Shown here in pieces: positions 10,207 to 19,797 of a stretch of DNA of 64,000 nt. How positions within the stretch are numbered: position 1 is the stretch's first letter; every line of letters starts with the position of its first letter. The notes under the pieces were generated by a model. It was given only the letters and a program-made list of their open reading frames with translations. It ran no database searches and had not been told where the DNA came from. Origin of the DNA: Acidobacteriota bacterium (lineage in GTDB: Bacteria > Acidobacteriota > UBA890 > WLXD01). Both the position numbers and the translations under genes were made by a program. The DNA lies in assembly GCA_965205505.1 (NCBI GenBank), contig CBDBHB010000009.1:1056001-1120000 (forward strand), written 5' to 3'.

Positions 10207-10665
10207 CTACTCGCCGGTGTGCCCGAAATCGCCCGGTCCACGGTCGGTCTCGGGCAGGTCGTCGACCTCGTCCCAGACGATGCGTGGAACCGGTGTCACC
10301 AGCATCTGGGCGATGCGCATGCCGCGCGTCAGGGTTACGGTCTCGGCTCCGTGGTTGATCAGCGGTACCTTGATCTCACCACGATAGTCGGCGTCGATCG
10401 TCGCCGGCGTGTTGGGCAGTGAAATGCCGTGCTTGATGGCCAGTCCGGACCGCGGTCGTACCTGCGCCTCGTAGCCCGACGGCAGCGCGATCGCCAAACC
10501 GGTCGGCACTAGCTCGATGGCGCCGGGCTGTAGCTCCAACGGCGAAGTTAGCGCGGCGTGCAGGTCGACGGCGGCCGAGTCGTCGGTCTGGTAGCTGGGC
10601 AGCGGTAGGTCATGGGTGCCGGCTAGCCGTCGCACCAGCACACGAATCTCCTCGGGACGGCTCAA
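10207..10665 (-). CDS. dut: dUTP diphosphatase
   Basis: AAVDL, PTGL, RPRSGLA, TIDADYRGEI, RIAQ, DRGxGxFGHTG motifs. Confidence 0.97.
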   Translation of the reverse strand: MSRPEEIRVLVRRLAGTHDLPLPSYQTDDSAAVDLHAALTSPLELQPGAIELVPTGLAIALPSGYEAQVRPRSGLAIKHGISLPNTPATIDADYRGEIKVPLINHGAETVTLTRGMRIAQMLVTPVPRIVWDEVDDLPETDRGPGDFGHTGE

Positions 10666-12011
10666 TCTGCGGGTCCGATCGCCCAGAGGTTGTGCTCAGT
10701 GCGGAAATACATGCGTCCGTTGCTGATCGCCGGGGTGGCGAAGATGGGCTCGCCGAGGGTGTTGGTGGCAAGCACCTCGAACTCCGGGCCGGCTTTGATC
10801 ACGAACACCTCCCCGTCGGTCCCCGCCAGCATGAACTTGCCCTCGAAAGCCACCGGCGATGCCCAGAAGCGTTGCGCGACCGGCATGCGGCCGCCCTCGT
10901 AGATCACCTCGCCGGTATTGGCGTCGAGGCAGCTGACGATGCCGTTGTCGCTGAGCAAGTAAACGTAGCCGCGATACGACAGATTGGAAGGCACGTAGGC
11001 CATCCCCTTGTTGTAGGACCATGCCACGCGCTCAGCGTCCGTTCCGCCCGCTACGTCGTCGAGTCGCACCGCCTTGAGCACCTTGTCCGGGTAGCCCGCG
11101 GTGAACAGGGCGAGGTCGTCATGTAGCAGCGGGTAGTGCACCGCGTTGCTTTGCAACCCGGGAATGCGCCAGAGCTCTTCGCCGGTGCGCGGGTCGTAGG
11201 AGATTATCCATTCGAAGCCGTTGGTCACCAGCTGCGGTTGATCGCTTCGGTCGATCAGCAATGGCGTTGACCAGTTCGACTGCACCCGTCGCGGCTTCTT
11301 CCACGCGACCTCGCCGGTATGTGTGTCGAGCGCCACGATGAACGAGTGGTCGCCTGAGTCCTCGTCGGCGAGCACGATCAGCCGGTTCTCGTACAGCACC
11401 GGCGAGGTGGAGACATCGAGCCCGAACTCCACGACCGGGCCGATCTCGGCGTGCCATAGCTCGTTGCCGTCGAAATCGTAGGCAAACACGCCCGGCACGC
11501 CGAAGTACGCGTACACGGTCTGGCCGTCGGTCACCGCCGTGGGCGAGGCGTACGATCCCCTGCGGGCACGATCGTCGTAGGGCAGGCCGGTGTGGGCGAG
11601 CCGATTCCAGACGAGCTCGCCGCTGTCCGCGTCGATCGCCACCACCCGATACTCGTGCACGAACTGTGAGCCCCAGCTATCGGGATGCCGCCACTCCTCG
11701 CCCTCGAAATAGTGAACTAGTGGCTTGCGCCCGGGAACCTCCTCGCCTTGGATTGCCGTGGTCAGGAAGATGCGGTCGCCCCAGACGATCGGCGAAGAGT
11801 GGCCGCGCCCCGGGATCGCTGTCTTCCAGCGCACGTGCTCTTCCTGGTTCCAACTCGTGAGTAGGCCGGTCTCTTGCGAGATCCGTCGACCGTCGGCGCC
11901 CCCCAGCGCTGGCCAGTTCGAGTCGCTCTCGTCGTTGGCAGCTACCAGCATTGGGAGGCCGAGCAGCAGTGTGACGGCGATCAGCGCCAGGCCCGAGCGC
12001 ACGCTCCGCAT
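10662..12011 (-). CDS. PQQ-like/BamB-type beta-propeller protein
   Basis: Signal peptide; NWP...[13 protein letters not shown]; [14 protein letters not shown]. Confidence 0.9.
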   Translation of the reverse strand: MRSVRSGLALIAVTLLLGLPMLVAANDESDSNWPALGGADGRRISQETGLLTSWNQEEHVRWKTAIPGRGHSSPIVWGDRIFLTTAIQGEEVPGRKPLVHYFEGEEWRHPDSWGSQFVHEYRVVAIDADSGELVWNRLAHTGLPYDDRARRGSYASPTAVTDGQTVYAYFGVPGVFAYDFDGNELWHAEIGPVVEFGLDVSTSPVLYENRLIVLADEDSGDHSFIVALDTHTGEVAWKKPRRVQSNWSTPLLIDRSDQPQLVTNGFEWIISYDPRTGEELWRIPGLQSNAVHYPLLHDDLALFTAGYPDKVLKAVRLDDVAGGTDAERVAWSYNKGMAYVPSNLSYRGYVYLLSDNGIVSCLDANTGEVIYEGGRMPVAQRFWASPVAFEGKFMLAGTDGEVFVIKAGPEFEVLATNTLGEPIFATPAISNGRMYFRTEHNLWAIGPAD

Positions 12012-12613
12012 GGTGTTCGACTCCAGTTGGGAGGCGGGGAGCGCTTGCCGCCCCGCTGTCGATAGGGAAGCTACCGGGAAGCCGGCCCTGATTCAAACGG
12101 CCGCGTGGACAACGCCCAGAACGAGACCCCGGGAGGAGGCTTCCTGGAACGTCCTCATCAACGCGGTGCGCCTGCCTCGCGTCATCAGGAAACCCTCAGA
12201 GAAAACCGGGAAGTTCCTCAAGTGTCTCGCGGCGTGCTGTTCTAGCTTGGCAAACAGTGAGAGCGACCCGACCCTCCTCGACCCGCCGCTCTCACGCAGC
12301 GAGTCGGCGAAGTGCTCACGCAGTGGTGGCGGCCGGGGTCGTTGGTTAAATCGGCAGATTGGCCAGTGGACAGGATCCCGGTTCGCTAGTCCTGTCTGAT
12401 GGGTGACGAGGGCCCAAACCAAGCGGGGCGATTACCGGAGACAGCCCTCATCGACGCCAGCCTGCTGTCGAGCGGGCCGTCCTGGCTGCCCAACGCTGGT
12501 CGCCTGGACCGAGCACGAACTGCCAACGTGTCGGTTTGAGTGCGTGAACCCTGTGCCGAGATGGGCCTCGCTACCCATCGGCGCGCCTTTGCTGGCGGCT
12601 CCGGTCCCTTTGA

Positions 12614-14761
12614 CTACCAGATCGAAGTCCACGACCGGTATTCTAACTTCTGGATCTGTGCGTCCGGCAGGTAGGGCGGCAGGCAGCTCATGAGCGCCGG
12701 CACCGCGGCCAGGTGGATGCCGGGACCGTTGGCTTTTACTGTGTCGCCGGCGATCACGGCACCCGCGATCTCCACTTCGGGCTCGATCTGGGCGTCTTTC
12801 TCAGCGTAGAACGCGCCCGCGACGAGAATGCCTGCCTCGTCGAAGACGACGTCCTCGGTTGAGGCTACCCCTATGGCGTCGTCGCAGGGGAAGGTGCGCA
12901 GCGGCAGCAGGTCTCCCGCCATCTCGGAGATGTGCTCGCTGATGATCGAGAAGGCGCCAGCGTAGCGTACGCCGGTGATGTAGGCAGGCGGCTGAGGCGT
13001 CTTGGTGTCCTGGATGACACCGCGGTTCATGAAGAGTCGGTGAACCAGGATGACGCCCGACCCGAACAGGCGGCCGTCGGCGGACGGCAGGATGGTTCCC
13101 GTGCCGGGGTCGACTGGCGAGGGAATCGCGGAATCGAGGTACTCGTTCATCTGGTCGATCATCCACTGGATAATGGCAGCACCGGCCGCACCGACGGTGA
13201 CGGCTGGAGGAATCCAGATGAAGCCATGCCGGTAGCCTTCGGGAAACGGGTTACTCGAGCCCGGGATCGCCTCCGGTACTTCTTTGAGGAAGGCCACGAC
13301 GCCGGTGACATCGATGCCGGGGGTTGGTGCTGGAGCGCCGCCGGGGCCCAAATAGGTCTCCTGGCCCCAGCTACCGTCGGCTTGCTCGATGTAGACGTCG
13401 AGCCGCGTACCCGGTGCGGCGTAAAGAAAGGCGTTGTCCACGAGCAGGTCGTAGCGCCTCTCGAGCTGCTCGGCGAAGGCTTGATCGGGGGTGAGCATGG
13501 CGCTGGCGCGGTTGAGGCTGACGTTTCCCTTGCTGCCACCATGGATATTCCAGAAGCTGATATCGAGCCCCGAAACGCCCGAGCCGTCGTTGCTCCCCCG
13601 CAGGTACTCGTAATAGCTGTCGTAGGTGGTGCTGGTGGCCAGATCCGTGAAGGCTTGGTCCTCCATCATCTCCACGAACTCGAAACTCAACATGTCATAG
13701 TCTTCGAGGAAATCGGTCCAGTGGTTGCCGGGATTCGTCCCGGCAAAGGCTCCTTGAGCGAGGTAGGCCCCGTCCAGGCTGTCCTTAATGCCGGCGGGGG
13801 TGGACGCGTCTGCCTCGCCCACCGTCGCCGCTCCCGAGTTGATCTCCGCGCGGCCACTGCGAACGCGGACCTCGGCATTGAGGGAGATGGGATTGCCGAC
13901 GAGCGGCGCGACCGCGGCAGCTAGGGTAGCGTTGAGCCCATCGTAGTTGTTCAAGATCTGGCTCGTGCCTTCCAGCGCGATGGCGGTTGATCCGCCTTTG
14001 CCGATCACATGCACGGAGCCATGCAGCTTGATGTCGTTCGCCAGGCTACCGACGGGCCCATCGCTCAACATGGCATTGTCCCAGATGCTATGGATACTGT
14101 TGCCCAGGACCACTTCGAGCGTGGCCTTCGACGGGTCTGCGGACGTCCCGAACGGGTCGGCAAGGTCCTCCGATGAGCCTTCGACGCGGAGCACGATCTG
14201 ATCGCGGCGAAAGCTCACGGGGCTTCCATCGCCGGGGTTGGTGTTGTCCGAAAGGTTTCTCAGGCCGACCTTGACCCCCCCCATCGGCAGCAGCTCATCG
14301 CTGAGCGCGAAGGGCGCACCCTCGGGTACCTGATACGGCTGCGAGTTAGGTACCACTTGATCAGCGGTACCGTCGCTGTTGGCATCGCGCAGGTCGTAGT
14401 AGAACGTATCCGGCACGCCCGTCACCGAGCCAGCGGCGTCGTCCTGTAGCAGGCCGGCAGGCCAGGTTCCCGGGGGCGCCGGAACGAACAGATACTCGTT
14501 GGACCAGCCGTTGGGGTCGACGAGGTAATCGTAGGAGAGCCAGGGGATTGCGAGCTCGACGGCAGCGTCAGCGGTCAGGAGTGCCTGAGTGCTCGCCGTG
14601 TTGTGGAGGCTCACCGTGTCCTCGATCAGGCTTCTCTGCAGCACTGACATCCCGAACAACGTCAGCCCAAGGGTCAGCAACAGCGCGATCAGCAAGGTGC
14701 TACCGCGCTCCTGCGCATCATCGAAGACCGGCATTGTGGTCTTGTCCTCGTGGCTGTCCAT
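12614..14761 (-). CDS. Large PilX-like minor pilin/adhesin
   Basis: QERG|STLLIALLL prepilin-like N-terminus without Glu5; ALLTADAAVE helix; C-terminal SWTSIW. Confidence 0.7.
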   Translation of the reverse strand: MDSHEDKTTMPVFDDAQERGSTLLIALLLTLGLTLFGMSVLQRSLIEDTVSLHNTASTQALLTADAAVELAIPWLSYDYLVDPNGWSNEYLFVPAPPGTWPAGLLQDDAAGSVTGVPDTFYYDLRDANSDGTADQVVPNSQPYQVPEGAPFALSDELLPMGGVKVGLRNLSDNTNPGDGSPVSFRRDQIVLRVEGSSEDLADPFGTSADPSKATLEVVLGNSIHSIWDNAMLSDGPVGSLANDIKLHGSVHVIGKGGSTAIALEGTSQILNNYDGLNATLAAAVAPLVGNPISLNAEVRVRSGRAEINSGAATVGEADASTPAGIKDSLDGAYLAQGAFAGTNPGNHWTDFLEDYDMLSFEFVEMMEDQAFTDLATSTTYDSYYEYLRGSNDGSGVSGLDISFWNIHGGSKGNVSLNRASAMLTPDQAFAEQLERRYDLLVDNAFLYAAPGTRLDVYIEQADGSWGQETYLGPGGAPAPTPGIDVTGVVAFLKEVPEAIPGSSNPFPEGYRHGFIWIPPAVTVGAAGAAIIQWMIDQMNEYLDSAIPSPVDPGTGTILPSADGRLFGSGVILVHRLFMNRGVIQDTKTPQPPAYITGVRYAGAFSIISEHISEMAGDLLPLRTFPCDDAIGVASTEDVVFDEAGILVAGAFYAEKDAQIEPEVEIAGAVIAGDTVKANGPGIHLAAVPALMSCLPPYLPDAQIQKLEYRSWTSIW

Positions 14762-14776
14762 CCGTCTATGACTTCC

Positions 14777-15547
14777 TCATTTCTTTTTCTTTTTCTTTTT
14801 CTTTTTCTTCTTATTAATCTCAGAGAGTTCCACGATGCTACTGATCGAGGGGATGCTCTCCAGGCGCGGGGAAATCACCGTCGCTCCGGTATAGGTGACG
14901 ATCTGGTCGGTGAGCAGGTCGTTGCGCTCGGCCGACACCGTCACGGCCAACCTTATGCTCTTCGGCACACCGCTGACGGGGTCGGTCACATACGTGAAGA
15001 GCGGCGTGCCATCGGGGTTGGGCAACACGTTGCGTGCCAGGACCGACACATCCCCCGTGACATTGTCCGTAGAGGTGATGGTTTCGTCGACTGCGTTGTA
15101 GGCAAAGGTCACGTCCTCTCCAGGATCGTTGAGGAAGCCGTCGCCGTTCTCGTTCTCGTTGTCATCTCGAGTGTCGTTGTCGTCGTTGGTGTCGAGCACG
15201 TCCCAGTTGTCGCCGTCGTCGTTGAAGTCGTGCCGCATGTCCATCCGGATCTGCAGGGTCGTGGCCGTGGCCACCGGGTACTTTGCCACGCCCTCGAAGG
15301 CACGGCCCGACGGATCGCTACCCGTCATACGTATCAGGCGCGCAATGTCGTCGACCACCAGGCGGACACCCTGCTGCGAGTAGGCGCGCAGCTCCGAGCG
15401 CGTCCCGATTTCCTGAACGTGGTAGCTCACCGTGTAGGCTGCAGCCATGAAGAACAGGAGTACGAGGCTACCGATGAGAACCTCGAGAATCGAAAAGCCC
15501 GCTGTCTCGCCGGCTTTCTCGACGTGGTTCTTCGCCCCTGTGTTCAT
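14777..15547 (-). CDS. PilW-like minor pilin with acidic Ca-binding-like loop and poly-Lys tail
   Basis: AG|FSILEVL class III signal; DxNDDGD-like repeats; ends in 11 Lys. Confidence 0.75.
   Translation of the reverse strand: MNTGAKNHVEKAGETAGFSILEVLIGSLVLLFFMAAAYTVSYHVQEIGTRSELRAYSQQGVRLVVDDIARLIRMTGSDPSGRAFEGVAKYPVATATTLQIRMDMRHDFNDDGDNWDVLDTNDDNDTRDDNENENGDGFLNDPGEDVTFAYNAVDETITSTDNVTGDVSVLARNVLPNPDGTPLFTYVTDPVSGVPKSIRLAVTVSAERNDLLTDQIVTYTGATVISPRLESIPSISSIVELSEINKKKKKKKKKKK
14780..14812 (-). repeat. (AAAAAG)n microsatellite encoding 11 consecutive Lys
   Basis: TTTCTTTTTCTTTTTCTTTTTCTTTTTCTTCTT on the + strand. Confidence 0.95.
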
Positions 15548-16083
15548 TGGGTTACCGGTTCCGTGAGCAAGCTAGCGGCCTTGAATGACGCCAGCGTCGT
15601 CGCGCGGGTGCCGCCGTATGCGGAGCGTCGAGCACTGACTGTTACGGTGATCCGCTTCACGCCGGCATACGGCAGATCGTCCTCGATGATCCACAGTCGC
15701 GACATGTCAGGATAACCAACCACCGGATCCTCCTGGGGACTGCCGGTGTTCACGGCCGTCAGGCCAGGATCGTCGTAGGCCAACGCGCGTAGCTCCTCGA
15801 GTTTTTGTTGCGCGAGCATGCTAGCGGTGGTCGTGAACTCCGCGTTCTTCGCCACCTTGATGGAGTTGAGCACCATCTCGGAGATGCTCATGAAGGCGAT
15901 GATGAAGATAGCCGAGGCGACCAGCACCTCGATGAAGATAAAGCCCCGCTGCGCCACCCTGCGCGTTGGCGCCGATGGCGACCGGGAACGACGAAGCGCA
16001 CGAGCGGACGCAGCCCCGACCCTGGGCCGGTGTCCTCTACCGGCAAAGCAAGCCGGTGACCACCTCGTCTGACGTGCGCTCAT
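15544..16083 (-). CDS. PilV-like minor pilin
   Basis: QRG|FIFIEVL; ASMLAQQKLEELRALAY; VKRITVTV. Confidence 0.8.
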   Translation of the reverse strand: MSARQTRWSPACFAGRGHRPRVGAASARALRRSRSPSAPTRRVAQRGFIFIEVLVASAIFIIAFMSISEMVLNSIKVAKNAEFTTTASMLAQQKLEELRALAYDDPGLTAVNTGSPQEDPVVGYPDMSRLWIIEDDLPYAGVKRITVTVSARRSAYGGTRATTLASFKAASLLTEPVTQ

Positions 16084-16419
16084 GATCTCTATTAACTAGA
16101 TAAACATTTTAAACATCTTGATTATATTTAAATGGATAGGATTGATGAGTGGCAAGCATTGAATAATATTAAAACTCTTTATAAGATAGTAACGGCTCCA
16201 ACCGCTCACCGAGGTCCACATCGGAGCGTGGTGTGGGTGCGCGGGCGGTCGCTCCGGCCGCTAAAGCCGGGGGGCGCCGCTCATGGCAGGCAACGGGTTC
16301 GAGTGGCCGTACGGGGCCCTCTTTTCAGAGACAGACAGCGTAATCGTTTAGAGCTTTGGAAGTTATTTGCTGTCTAATACTATTTATTAATATCAATTTG
16401 GAGGACAGGGCTTCTTCTC
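16084..16419. promoter_or_regulatory. Divergent intergenic control region with two AT-rich blocks
   Basis: AT-rich stretches at about 16088-16192 and 16340-16400 between the divergent pilin operons; GGAGG before 16420. Confidence 0.55.
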
Positions 16420-16845
16420 GTGATTGTCAAGACGATAGAGCTGATCTCAGGTGCTGCTCCGTGGTCCGAGGTGCGTGCTCGCTTCGACGCCGGGTTCGCC
16501 CTGCTCGAGTTGCTGGTTTCCGTGACCCTCGTGATGCTGGTGATCCCGTTCGTCGTCGGCCTGCAGATTGGCGCCATGAAGATGAACACCGGTTCGCTCG
16601 AGCTCGACGCAGGAGTCTGGGCGGCGCAAGCGAAAATGGAAGAGCTGTGGTTGGCGCCGTTTGCCTCAGTTGTTGACGGCACGGAAGATATCCAGCTGGG
16701 CGACGGCCGCTTGTTGACCATGACCTGGAGCGTGCAGCCGAGCCAGCCGGCCCCTGGCCTCAAGACAGTCACCATCGAAGTGGTCGACAGCTCCAACCCG
16801 GATGCCGAGCCCTCGCAGATGGTCCTCGTGAAGGTGCCGGAATGA
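16420..16845 (+). CDS. PilV-like minor pilin
   Basis: DAG|FALLELL; AAQAKMEEL; LKTVTIEV. Confidence 0.75.
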   Translation: MIVKTIELISGAAPWSEVRARFDAGFALLELLVSVTLVMLVIPFVVGLQIGAMKMNTGSLELDAGVWAAQAKMEELWLAPFASVVDGTEDIQLGDGRLLTMTWSVQPSQPAPGLKTVTIEVVDSSNPDAEPSQMVLVKVPE

Positions 16846-17538
16846 TGCGGCGCCCGGGCGAGCGCGGCGCGTCGATGATCGAGTTGCTGATCGCCACAAC
16901 GATCATGACGATCGTCTTCATGTCGGTCACGCGTGTGCTAGTGCGAACCCAGGTCGGCTACGAGTACAGCGGCTCCACCATAAACCTTCGGCAGAGTGCC
17001 CGTTTGGGTCTGAACCGAATGGTCAACGAGCTCCGGATGGCAGGCTACGGCCTCAGCGGCGTCTCGGACACATTCACCACCGCGAGCGCCGTGGAGGTGT
17101 CCTTCGCATCGGATATCGACGATGGAGCGCTGTCGCCGCCTTGCACAATCGAGAGCGGCGACGATGGCGTGGAGCACGTCACCTATCGGATCTCCACCGG
17201 CCTGCTGGAACGTCGTGTCGAGTGCTGGAGCGGTGGCTCCTGGGTGCTCGAGCAGTCGTTCCAGCCGATTACCGATCAGGTCGAGAACGCGGAGTCGAAT
17301 TTCACCTACTTCGACGCCCGTGGGCAACCAGATCGGCGCCTCCGGTGCGCCGATGAGCGCCACCTTGCGAAACCAGATACGCCGCGTGCGGATTACGCTG
17401 GCCTTGGTAGATAGTGCGCCTGAGTTGCCAGGCATGCCGGCGTCGCGTTATCGCGCCGCGACAGACGTGGCGATCCGCAACTTCTTCGATGGCGGAGCTG
17501 GTGACGGGGGCGGCAAAGGCTCCGGCAAAGGCAAATGA
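16842..17538 (+). CDS. PilW-like minor pilin (apparent +1 frameshift at GGG 17322-17324)
   Basis: ERG|ASMIELL; ELRMAGY; continues FTYFDA../GNQI...IRRVRITL...DVAIRN in the next frame; tail GKGSGKGK. Confidence 0.75.
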
Positions 17539-18912
17539 ATCGTGTAACGATGACGAGTCGCCGAGCGGTCCGTCGGGCCTTCGACCAGCAGGGCAGCATC
17601 CTGCTGACCTTGCTCATCATCATGTGCCTGACGACCCTCGTGCTCTCGAGTCTGACGGTGAGTTCGATCGAATGGACACTGGCCAGCAATCTCGGACGCG
17701 AGAGCCAGGCGTTCTCGTTTGCGGACTCAGGTATTCTGCATGCGCTCTCCGAAATCGAGTCGAGCGGCGACGATGTGGCAACGCTGCTGCTAGGCGCAGA
17801 TGGGACCGCTGGTACCGCCGACGACGGCCGTATCTTCAGCTCGGCGATTGTCGTGGGCGAGGGTGGCTACGACGTCTACGTCGAGGACAACAACGACGAC
17901 AGCGACCCGAGCACTGATAGCGACGGCATTGTCTACCTGGTCTCGACCGGGACTCACAAGGATGCGGCGCGGCGCGCGGGTCACCCTGAGCTCCAGTGGC
18001 GGCGGTGGTAGCGGCTGGGCTCCGCCGTACGGCGTGCTCGCCGGCAAAAAGATGCTGATCGACGTTAACGTCGAGCTGCGTGGTCCCCTTGGATCGGCGT
18101 TTTCCAACGACGACGCCACGATCGACAGCGGCCTGATCGACGTCAGTGTTGGCAGTGGCGACAAGCTGGGCCTCAAAGGCAACCCCACCATCGCTGGCGA
18201 GGTGCTTGATAATGACGCCGTCGTCGAGTACGAGGGCGCCCACGGTGGGCTCGAGTTGGTCGAGCTCCCCGAGTTCACCACCGACTCCATGCGCGATCTC
18301 GCCGACTATCGCCTCGGCGCCGATGGCAAGATTTACGACTCCGCCGGGGCACTGGTGCACGACACCAAAGGCGGCAAAGACAAGTGGGGGCAGTGGGATT
18401 TCGACAAGAAGAAATCGCTTTGGAAGCTCAAGGACGGGGTCGCCGGCGTCGACGATGGCACGTTCTATGTAGAAGGCGACGCACGCATCGAGTCGGGCGA
18501 GCAGCAGCTCGAGTTGTCGGTGATCGCGGCTGGCTCAGTCGAGTTCATCGGTAACACGAAGATCAGTGCTGCGATCCCGGGGCTGGTGGTGGCCGCTGAC
18601 GGCGACGTGGCGGCCGATGTGACGGGAAGTTTCACCGGTGGCTTTCTGGTCCGGGAGCAGCTGCGACTCACGGGAGAGCTCACCGTCTACGGTAGCATCG
18701 CGGTGCTCGACGAGGCCAAAAGCCACGATCTGATCTCAGACAAGACCGGTGCCCGGATCCAAGGCCAGACGGTCATCTTCCCGACAAGCGATGCCGTGTG
18801 GCCAATCGGTGGCGGGGGAGTGCTGCTGGCCAGTGAATGGCACGAGGAGCGCGTCGGAGCGGTTGCCTGGGTGGCGCAGACCAAAGGTAAGGGGAAGGGG
18901 GGCAAGAAATGA
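17535..18912 (+). CDS. PilX-like minor pilin (apparent +1 frameshift at GGG 17978-17980)
   Basis: QQG|SILLTLL; QAFSFADSGI; joins ORF 17800-18912 ending SEWHE...KGKGKGGKK. Confidence 0.72.
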
Positions 18913-19283
18913 GTCGGAAGGCGCGGCGAGCGATTGGCGCTCTGTTGCTCGCGATCCTGCCTTCGGCATGCGGGGTCGAGCGCGACCTGCCGGCCGAGCT
19001 ATATGGCGTCTGGCGCACCGACGAGCCGCGCTACGCCGACCGCTTCATCGAGCTCGCCGCAGGCGAGATCGTCTTCGGCACTGGCGGCGGGGATTCGTCA
19101 CAGCACGCGATTACGTCAGTGGAGGCGGAGGCCACTCCGGCGGGAACGCGCTACATCATTGAGTATCGAGCCTCCGATGACGACGCCAGCATCTCCTTCT
19201 CTTTTCTTGCCGAGCGTCGCGACGGCCTGGCGTTGAGGCTGCACAACCAGCCGCACTTCTCGTGGCGGCGCAGGGCAAGCTGA
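18909..19283 (+). CDS. Small lipoprotein of unknown function
   Basis: Lipobox LPSAC; LYGVWRTDEPRYADR; ATGA overlap with upstream gene. Confidence 0.7.
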   Translation: MSRKARRAIGALLLAILPSACGVERDLPAELYGVWRTDEPRYADRFIELAAGEIVFGTGGGDSSQHAITSVEAEATPAGTRYIIEYRASDDDASISFSFLAERRDGLALRLHNQPHFSWRRRAS

Positions 19284-19295
19284 GGCGCCGAGCCG

Positions 19296-19787
19296 ATGAC
19301 CTGTCGACTGCGAATGATCGCTCTCGAGCGACCCGGTTCGATCAGTCAGCGGTCGGGGTTCTCGCTCGTCGAGGTGCTGATCGCCATCGCGCTGATCGGG
19401 ACCCTATCGTCGATCATTGTGCCGGCGTACATGGACTCGCGCGAGGTGGCGCGCGTGGCGAGAGCTGCGTCCGACGTCGCCATAATGAGCCTCGACATTC
19501 AGCTCTTCAAGGAGGTCACAGGTCGCTATCCGGATACGCTCACGGAGGCCGGGTTGACCGGCGATCTCGATCCCTGGGGCTTCGCCTACCGGTACCTGCG
19601 GATCGAAGGGACGAAGGCCAAAGGAGCGCGTAAGGACCGCTTCCTGGTCCCGCTGAACTCTGACTTCGATCTGTACAGCGTCGGCAAGGACAACGGCACG
19701 AAGGCACCTCTGACACCGCCGGTCTCTCACGACGACGTCGTACGTGCCAACAATGGCTTGTATGTCGGTTTGGGCAGCGAATTCTGA
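19296..19787 (+). CDS. GspG/PulG-like prepilin-type protein
   Basis: SG|FSLVEVLI; YPDTL, DPWG, FDLYSVGKD motifs. Confidence 0.85.
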   Translation: MTCRLRMIALERPGSISQRSGFSLVEVLIAIALIGTLSSIIVPAYMDSREVARVARAASDVAIMSLDIQLFKEVTGRYPDTLTEAGLTGDLDPWGFAYRYLRIEGTKAKGARKDRFLVPLNSDFDLYSVGKDNGTKAPLTPPVSHDDVVRANNGLYVGLGSEF

Positions 19788-19797
19788 GTTGACGCGC

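Noticed and set aside
12012-12613. 600-bp gap as an ncRNA (e.g. 6S) or small gene
   Set aside because: No motif could be recognised with confidence and the ORFs lack family signatures; needs an Rfam scan
16200-16340. c-di-GMP riboswitch in the pilin leader
   Set aside because: No match to the GEMM GGCAAA/GAAA/CGCAAA core by eye
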